Positions 58,734 through 64,000 of a stretch of 64,000 nt of DNA are shown here, in pieces (positions within the stretch are counted from its first letter, which is position 1; each line of letters starts with the position of its first letter). Origin of the DNA: an uncultured Gemmatimonadales bacterium (GTDB lineage: Bacteria > Gemmatimonadota > Gemmatimonadetes > Longimicrobiales > RSA9); the NCBI GenBank assembly GCA_963783305.1, contig CAWAMW010000007.1:384001-448000 (forward strand). The letters are read 5' to 3'. The position numbers were made by a program, and so were the translations under genes. Below the pieces are notes generated by a model that ran no database searches, was not told the origin of the DNA, and saw only the letters and a program-made list of their open reading frames with translations.

Positions 58734-59412
58734 GGTCCGCGGCCGCGCCCTCGTGCGCGACCCCGGCAGCCGGGATTCGGCGGTGTGGGAGCCGGACACG
58801 ATCGGGCTGCCGGCCGCGGATGAGTCCGAATCGAGCACCGAAGGTGCGGTCGACGACTCCTTCGATTTCGGCGCGCACGATCCCGAAGTCGACGCGGCGG
58901 AGATGGCCGCGCTGGAGCTCCGCATGCAGATCGACGCGGCGTACGACCGCGGCTACGAGGATGGGCGTGCGGAGGGGAGGGCGGCGGAAGCGACCCGGAC
59001 GGGCGGCGCGGTGAGGGTGCTCGAGGAGGCGACGATTCGCTTTCGTGAGGACGGCCCGCGTTGGCAGGAGGCGCTCCAGCAGAACCTCGTCGCCCTGGCC
59101 ACCGCGCTGGCTCGCGAGATCATCGGTCGCGAGCTGAAGGGGAGCGTTGAGGACCTGAACGGTCTCGTGCAGCGGGCGGTGAGCGAGTTCCCGCTGGAGG
59201 CGGCCGTGCGGATCCGGCTGAACCCGGTGGACCTGACGGCCATCTCGACCCCGCTCGGCGGGAGTGCCACGGAGGCCGGGCGGCAGGTACGCTGGATCCC
59301 GGACCCGGACATCGCTCCGGGCGGCTGCGTGGTGGAGGGTCCCGAATCGATCGTGGACGGCCGCATCGAGAAGGCGCTCGACCGCATCTACTCCAGGCTG
59401 ATCTATGGTTGA
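58717..59412 (+). CDS. fliH: Flagellar assembly protein FliH
   Basis: GxxxG repeats 'AYDRGYEDGRAEG', 'IRLNP.D', 'D..I.PGGC.VE'. Confidence 0.9.
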   Translation: MFSSSRVRGRALVRDPGSRDSAVWEPDTIGLPAADESESSTEGAVDDSFDFGAHDPEVDAAEMAALELRMQIDAAYDRGYEDGRAEGRAAEATRTGGAVRVLEEATIRFREDGPRWQEALQQNLVALATALAREIIGRELKGSVEDLNGLVQRAVSEFPLEAAVRIRLNPVDLTAISTPLGGSATEAGRQVRWIPDPDIAPGGCVVEGPESIVDGRIEKALDRIYSRLIYG

Positions 59413-60724
59413 CGCACTGATCGAAAAGGTCGAGGGCACCGGCCGCTTCGTGCGCTATGGCCGCGTCACCCGCGTCGTCGGGCTGGTGATCGAGGCCACC
59501 GGTCTGACCATCGGAGTCGGTGAGCTGTGCCGGATCCAGAGCCTCACGGGCGACCACACGCTGCTGGCCGAGGTGGCGGGGTTCCATGAGCGGGGCGTGC
59601 TCCTGCTGCCCCTGGGCGAGATCGGCGGAGTACACCCCGGCAGCGCCGTGGAGCCACTCGGCCGGTCCTTCGGTGTGGACGTGGGGCCCGGGCTGCTCGG
59701 GCGGGTCGTGGATGGCCTGGGACGGCCCATCGACGGGAAGCGCGATATCGGCCCCACCACCCGGATGCCGCTCTCCGCTGAGCCGCCGAGCCCGCTGGAG
59801 CGGCAGGAGATCACGGAGCCCCTGACGACGGGCGTCCGCGCCCTGGACGGGATCACGACCATCGCGCGCGGCCAGCGGGTTGGGATCTTCGCCGGCAGCG
59901 GCGTGGGCAAGAGCACGCTCCTCGGCATGATCGCGCGGTACGCTTCTGCGGACGTAAACGTGATCGCGCTGTTGGGGGAGCGGGGCAGGGAGGTGCGCGA
60001 GTTCCTCACGCACTCGCTGGGCGAGGAAGGCCTGGCGCGGTCGGTGGTGGTGGTGGCCACGGGCGATGAGGCAGCCCTGATCCGCGCACGCGGTGCCCTC
60101 GTGGCTACGGCCATCGCGGAGTATTTCCGCGACCAGGGCAAGAGCGTGATGCTGATGGTCGATTCCATCACACGGGTGGCCATGGCGTGGCGCGAGATCG
60201 GCCTGGCCGTCGGCGAGCCCCCGACGACCAAGGGGTACCCGCCGTCGGTCTTCGCCTCCCTTCCGCGGCTCCTGGAACGCGCCGGCAATGGCCGCCGCGG
60301 TGGGATCACCGGGATCTACACGGTCCTGGTGGAGGGGGACGACTTCAACGAGCCGGTCGCCGATGCCGCCCGCTCCATACTCGACGGCCACATCATGCTG
60401 AGCCGCAAGCTGGCGTCCGCGGGGCACTATCCGGCGATCGACGTGCTGGAGAGCGTGAGTCGGGTCCGGAACTCCGTCATCGGCGAGGCCCATCGGCGGG
60501 CCGCGGACGCCGTCACGGCGCACCTGGCGACGTATCGGGCCCGGGAGGACCTGATCTCCGTGGGCGCCTACCAGGCCGGCTCGGATCCCGCCCTGGATGC
60601 GGCCATCGCGCTGCGCGATCCCATCAACGCGTTCCTGCGACAGGACGCCGACGAACACACACCCCTCGCCGAGACACGGGACCATCTCGTGGCCATGATC
60701 GGCGTGGAGGAGGCAGAGGCTTGA
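59405..60724 (+). CDS. fliI: Flagellar export ATPase FliI
   Basis: 'GQRVGIFAGSGVGKSTL', 'GERGREVREF', 'DSITR', 'GEPPTTKGYPPS', 'LDGHI.LSR'. Confidence 0.98.
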   Translation: MVDALIEKVEGTGRFVRYGRVTRVVGLVIEATGLTIGVGELCRIQSLTGDHTLLAEVAGFHERGVLLLPLGEIGGVHPGSAVEPLGRSFGVDVGPGLLGRVVDGLGRPIDGKRDIGPTTRMPLSAEPPSPLERQEITEPLTTGVRALDGITTIARGQRVGIFAGSGVGKSTLLGMIARYASADVNVIALLGERGREVREFLTHSLGEEGLARSVVVVATGDEAALIRARGALVATAIAEYFRDQGKSVMLMVDSITRVAMAWREIGLAVGEPPTTKGYPPSVFASLPRLLERAGNGRRGGITGIYTVLVEGDDFNEPVADAARSILDGHIMLSRKLASAGHYPAIDVLESVSRVRNSVIGEAHRRAADAVTAHLATYRAREDLISVGAYQAGSDPALDAAIALRDPINAFLRQDADEHTPLAETRDHLVAMIGVEEAEA

Positions 60725-61179
60725 GCACGTTCCGATTCGGACTCCAGTCGGTCCTGGAGCTGCGCGAGGACCAGGAGCAGACGCAGGCGCTGGCGCTGGC
60801 GGACGCGGAGCGGCGCGCGGAAGAGGCGCGCCGGCGCCTGGAGGAGATCCGTCTCGTCCGCGCCGAGGAGGCGGCGAAGCTGATGCGCGCCCATTCCGAG
60901 GGCCAGCCGGTAGGGCAGCTGCGCAACCGCGGGCGGGTGATCGAGCAGATCGCGGACTGGGTCCGCAGCGCCGAGGCCGAGGTCGAGCAGGCAGCTCAAT
61001 CGGTGGAGCGGAAGCGGCGAGATCTCGTGGCGGCCATGACCGAGCGTCGTGTCATGGACCAGCTGAAGGAGCGGAAGCAGCACGCGTGGCGTGTCGCCGC
61101 AGACGGGGACGAAAGAAAGCTCATGGACGAGGTCGCCCTTGGCATCTTCCAGCGGCGACGCAGTGAGGGGACGCCATGA
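60721..61179 (+). CDS. fliJ: Flagellar export protein FliJ
   Basis: TTG start overlapping the fliI stop; 'FRF.LQ.VL.LR...E', 'E.K.MDE.A'. Confidence 0.88.
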   Translation: MSTFRFGLQSVLELREDQEQTQALALADAERRAEEARRRLEEIRLVRAEEAAKLMRAHSEGQPVGQLRNRGRVIEQIADWVRSAEAEVEQAAQSVERKRRDLVAAMTERRVMDQLKERKQHAWRVAADGDERKLMDEVALGIFQRRRSEGTP

Positions 61180-61793
61180 AGAGAATGATCCTGGCCGGCG
61201 CGGCACTGCTTGTTGGCGTCGCCGCCGGCACGGGCTGGTCCGTCGTGAACCACGAGCCCACCCCGGTGGGTGCGGATTCGCTCGCCAGCCACGAAGCTCC
61301 TCACGACGGCGAAGCCGCCGGTGGAACCGCGGTCGCGGGGGAAGCGGTCGCAGAGATCGCCCGGGACAGTGCTCGCGGCGGCCTGGCCGGCACTGTGGAC
61401 GACTCCACGGAGAGCGATTCGCTCGCGACGCGGGTCGATCCACCCGCGCAGCAGGGCGCGCCCCCGTTCGCCGCTTCGCAGGATCCCCTCCTGACCGTCC
61501 CGGGAGAGCCGGCGACCGCTGCCGGCGGGCCGGTTGCCGCCGGTCCGGTCGTTCCCTCGACGGAGGATGAACCCCAGGTCGGGGACGCAGGGGCGGACCA
61601 GCTCGCGCGGATCTTCTCTTCCATGCAGGCTCGGGATGCGGCGCGCGTCCTGGCCCGCATGGAAGACGACGCGGTCCGGGCGATCCTGACCCGGATGGGC
61701 GCCCGGCAGGCTGCCGCGGTCCTCACGAACATGGAGCCCGAGCGCGCGGCGGGGTTGAGCCGATCGGTTCTGGAGAGCGGAGGCACACCGTGA
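61176..61793 (+). CDS. MotE/YlxF(FlbB)-like protein with C-terminal MgtE-N-like helical domain
   Basis: N-terminal TM or signal; 'LARIFSSM.ARDAA.VL..M......ILT.M..RQAA.VL..MEPERAA'; canonical position between fliJ and fliK. Confidence 0.8.
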   Translation: MKRMILAGAALLVGVAAGTGWSVVNHEPTPVGADSLASHEAPHDGEAAGGTAVAGEAVAEIARDSARGGLAGTVDDSTESDSLATRVDPPAQQGAPPFAASQDPLLTVPGEPATAAGGPVAAGPVVPSTEDEPQVGDAGADQLARIFSSMQARDAARVLARMEDDAVRAILTRMGARQAAAVLTNMEPERAAGLSRSVLESGGTP

Positions 61794-63664
61794 TCGACGC
61801 GCTCCTCGGATTGTTCGGCGCCACGCCCGTGCCTGCCAGCTCGCCGGCGCCCGCGTCCTCGACCTTCGGCTCTCTTCTCGACGCGATCCTGACGACGCAG
61901 CCATCCGAGACGACCGCTGCCGGGGACGGAGCGCTCGCGAACGGGAGCCGGCTGTCCGGGCTCGTCGCGGCTACGCCCGATCCGGACATGGCCAAGCTCT
62001 CGCCGGAGCTCCGCTCCCGGCTCGCGCGGGTGATGGCGCGGATGAGCGCGGAGCACGGCCACGACGTGCGGGTCGTCGAAGGACTGCGGAGCGGCGCCCG
62101 GCAGGAATACCTCTATGCCCAGGGACGTGAACGTCCGGGTCCGGTGGTGACGTGGACGCGCGAGTCGCGTCACGAGAGCGGGCGGGCAGCCGACCTGATC
62201 GTGGACGGCAGCTACGACAACGCCGAGGCCTATCGCACGCTCCAGCGGGTCGCCCGTGAGGAAGGGCTCCATACGCTGGGGATGACCGACCCGGGCCACG
62301 TCGAGCTGACCGGCGTCAGCCAGGACGGGAGGGAGAGGGCAGCACACGGGGGCACGGTCCCGCCTGGAGCGGAGGGGCTCGCGGCCGGACTGGCCGCCGC
62401 CCGCACCGCAGCCGCGCCTTCACGGATCGCGTCCTCGGCACGCCCTGTGGCCCGCGCGCGGACGGCCGCGACCGCAGCGCCCGCCACGCCCGCCGTCGTG
62501 GCCCGGGTGGCCACGCCCGCGACGGCCGGAACCAGGGCGGTCCGCAGGGCGCGATCCGGGGACGGCAGGGCCGCGGGTTCCGTCGCCCCCGCGGTCGGTC
62601 ATCCGGCCGGCAGGGGGGAGCCGCGGCATCCCGCGCCTGGCGCCGGCGCCGAAGCCGCCGCTCCCGCCACAGCCCTCCTCTCCGGCGACACTCCGCGCGC
62701 ATTCGGCACGCGGGGGAATGGTGCGGAGCTCCCGATTGCGGCGACTGGGGAAGGATTCCAGCCCCCGCAGCGTCCAGCCATGTCGGCGCCGGCGCCGGGA
62801 GTCGTGCGGTCGCCGCTGACCAGTGCCATCGTCGGCTCGGCCCACGGGGGTGAACCGGACGCCCGCGGGCGGAGCCGCAGCGCCGTCTCCCTGGAGGGGG
62901 CGGAAGAGGTGGAGGGGGTGGTTGAGGTCCGCTCGACCGACTCGCGGACGCCGCGCACTCACCGTGCGCCTCTTGCCACCCAGGCCGCAGCAGAGCTTAC
63001 CGGCGCCAACGGATCCCTTAACACGGGACTCCGCGCCCGGCGCTCTCCCCGCCACGAGCCGGTGCGCGCCGAGGGCGATACTGAGGAGCACGTGCGGCCT
63101 GGCGAGGCCACGGACCGCGGGGTCAGCCGCGAGGCAGCGCACGATACCACGCCCATTGCGGCGCCCCGCCATCAGATGGAGCCCACGCGTCCCGACGCCG
63201 ATGGGCTGAGGGCCCCGAGAGTGCGGCCGCTCGAGCCGGTACAGCCCGGCGCCCGGATCGACGCGATAGACGCTCTGCGCGAGCAGGCGCGGTCGCAGCC
63301 TCTGCACCGCGTGTCGCTGCGGGTGGGCGAGGGCGCGGATGCGGCCCGGGTGAGAGTGGACCTGCGAGGAGACCGGGTGCAGGCCGAAATGGCCACCGAC
63401 TCCGACCGTCTTGCGACACGGCTGCGCCACGAGACGCCGGAGCTCGGTCGCACGCTCGAGCGGCAGGGTATCGAGGTCGACGCCCTCCGCGTCCGGCAGG
63501 GGGACCGTGTCGTCCCCGAGGCGGTGGTGATGCGCTCGGTGGAAGCGTCGCGATCGTCGGATCGCGAGTCGTCGCAGCGTGACCGGGACGGCTCGGCACA
63601 AGGGCAGCATGAACACGGGCGGGAACGACCCCGTCGGGAACGAGACCAGGAGAAACACCAATGA
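61790..63664 (+). CDS. fliK: Flagellar hook-length control protein FliK fused to an M15C zinc peptidase domain
   Basis: Position between motE-like and flgD; long Ala/Pro-rich linker; C-terminal T3S4-like 'VRVDLRGDRVQAEM...L...L.ELGRTLERQGIEV'; M15 motifs at about aa 67-173. Confidence 0.85.
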   Translation: MIDALLGLFGATPVPASSPAPASSTFGSLLDAILTTQPSETTAAGDGALANGSRLSGLVAATPDPDMAKLSPELRSRLARVMARMSAEHGHDVRVVEGLRSGARQEYLYAQGRERPGPVVTWTRESRHESGRAADLIVDGSYDNAEAYRTLQRVAREEGLHTLGMTDPGHVELTGVSQDGRERAAHGGTVPPGAEGLAAGLAAARTAAAPSRIASSARPVARARTAATAAPATPAVVARVATPATAGTRAVRRARSGDGRAAGSVAPAVGHPAGRGEPRHPAPGAGAEAAAPATALLSGDTPRAFGTRGNGAELPIAATGEGFQPPQRPAMSAPAPGVVRSPLTSAIVGSAHGGEPDARGRSRSAVSLEGAEEVEGVVEVRSTDSRTPRTHRAPLATQAAAELTGANGSLNTGLRARRSPRHEPVRAEGDTEEHVRPGEATDRGVSREAAHDTTPIAAPRHQMEPTRPDADGLRAPRVRPLEPVQPGARIDAIDALREQARSQPLHRVSLRVGEGADAARVRVDLRGDRVQAEMATDSDRLATRLRHETPELGRTLERQGIEVDALRVRQGDRVVPEAVVMRSVEASRSSDRESSQRDRDGSAQGQHEHGRERPRRERDQEKHQ

Positions 63665-64000
63665 TCGAAGGAATCAGCGGGATGGGGGCGCCATCGGTAG
63701 GCGGCATGTTCACGCCGGCGGGCGGCACCATGGGGAAGGAGGAGTTCCTCCAGCTCCTGGTGGCGCAGCTGAACAACCAGGACCCCATGAACCCCATGGA
63801 GAGCCAGGAGTTCGCCGCACAGCTCGCGCAGTTCTCGAGCGTCGAGCAGCTCATGAACGTGAACACGCAGCTGGCCGACCAGGCGGCGTACACTTCGGCG
63901 CTCGCCCAGGCCATGAACAGCAGCTCCGCGGTGGGCGTGCTGGGGCGTGACGTGCTGGCGGTGGGCGACGCCGTGAGCGTCACCGGCGGCGCGGCCGCGG
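63661..64000 (+). CDS. flgD: Flagellar hook capping protein FlgD (partial, runs off the right edge)
   Basis: Translated by hand from ATG 63661: 'MGKEEFLQLLVAQLNNQDPMNPMESQEFAAQLAQFSSVEQ'. Confidence 0.96.
   Translation, partial: MIEGISGMGAPSVGGMFTPAGGTMGKEEFLQLLVAQLNNQDPMNPMESQEFAAQLAQFSSVEQLMNVNTQLADQAAYTSALAQAMNSSSAVGVLGRDVLAVGDAVSVTGGAAA

Noticed and set aside
61988..62310. Prophage endolysin or VanY-type resistance gene inserted in the flagellar operon
   Set aside because: No phage, holin or van genes are nearby. The domain is in frame within fliK with matching composition and intact operon overlaps.

Overview
High-GC bacterial chromosomal window. The diderm gene content (LPS heptose kinase, Mla/MCE transporter, Omp85 and TonB-dependent proteins) suggests Gemmatimonadota, but that is an inference. 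Bases 1-36.4 kb hold mixed housekeeping genes: peptidases, transporters, Sua5, lipid-assimilation genes, a DAK2-DegV fusion and a deiodinase-like protein. This part also has two inverted copies of a modular MITE/REP-like repeat. Bases 36.4-64 kb form a motility island: a chemotaxis cluster (cheA, cheW x2, two MCPs, hybrid kinase, OmpR-type regulator, cheR-D-Y-X-B), fliW-flgL, a sigma54 activator and a basal-body operon (flgB-flgC-orf-fliE-F-G-H-I-J-motE-like-fliK-flgD). The regulatory hierarchy can be read from the DNA: five sigma28-like promoters and one sigma54 promoter with ftr-like enhancer sites. The most striking observation is that the FliK hook-length ruler carries an apparently intact M15C (Ply500/CwlK-type) zinc peptidoglycan endopeptidase domain. 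This suggests a 'ruler plus wall drill' route for flagellar penetration of the cell wall. No rRNA, tRNA, CRISPR array or transposase was seen. All family calls come from motif recognition by eye, not from database searches.
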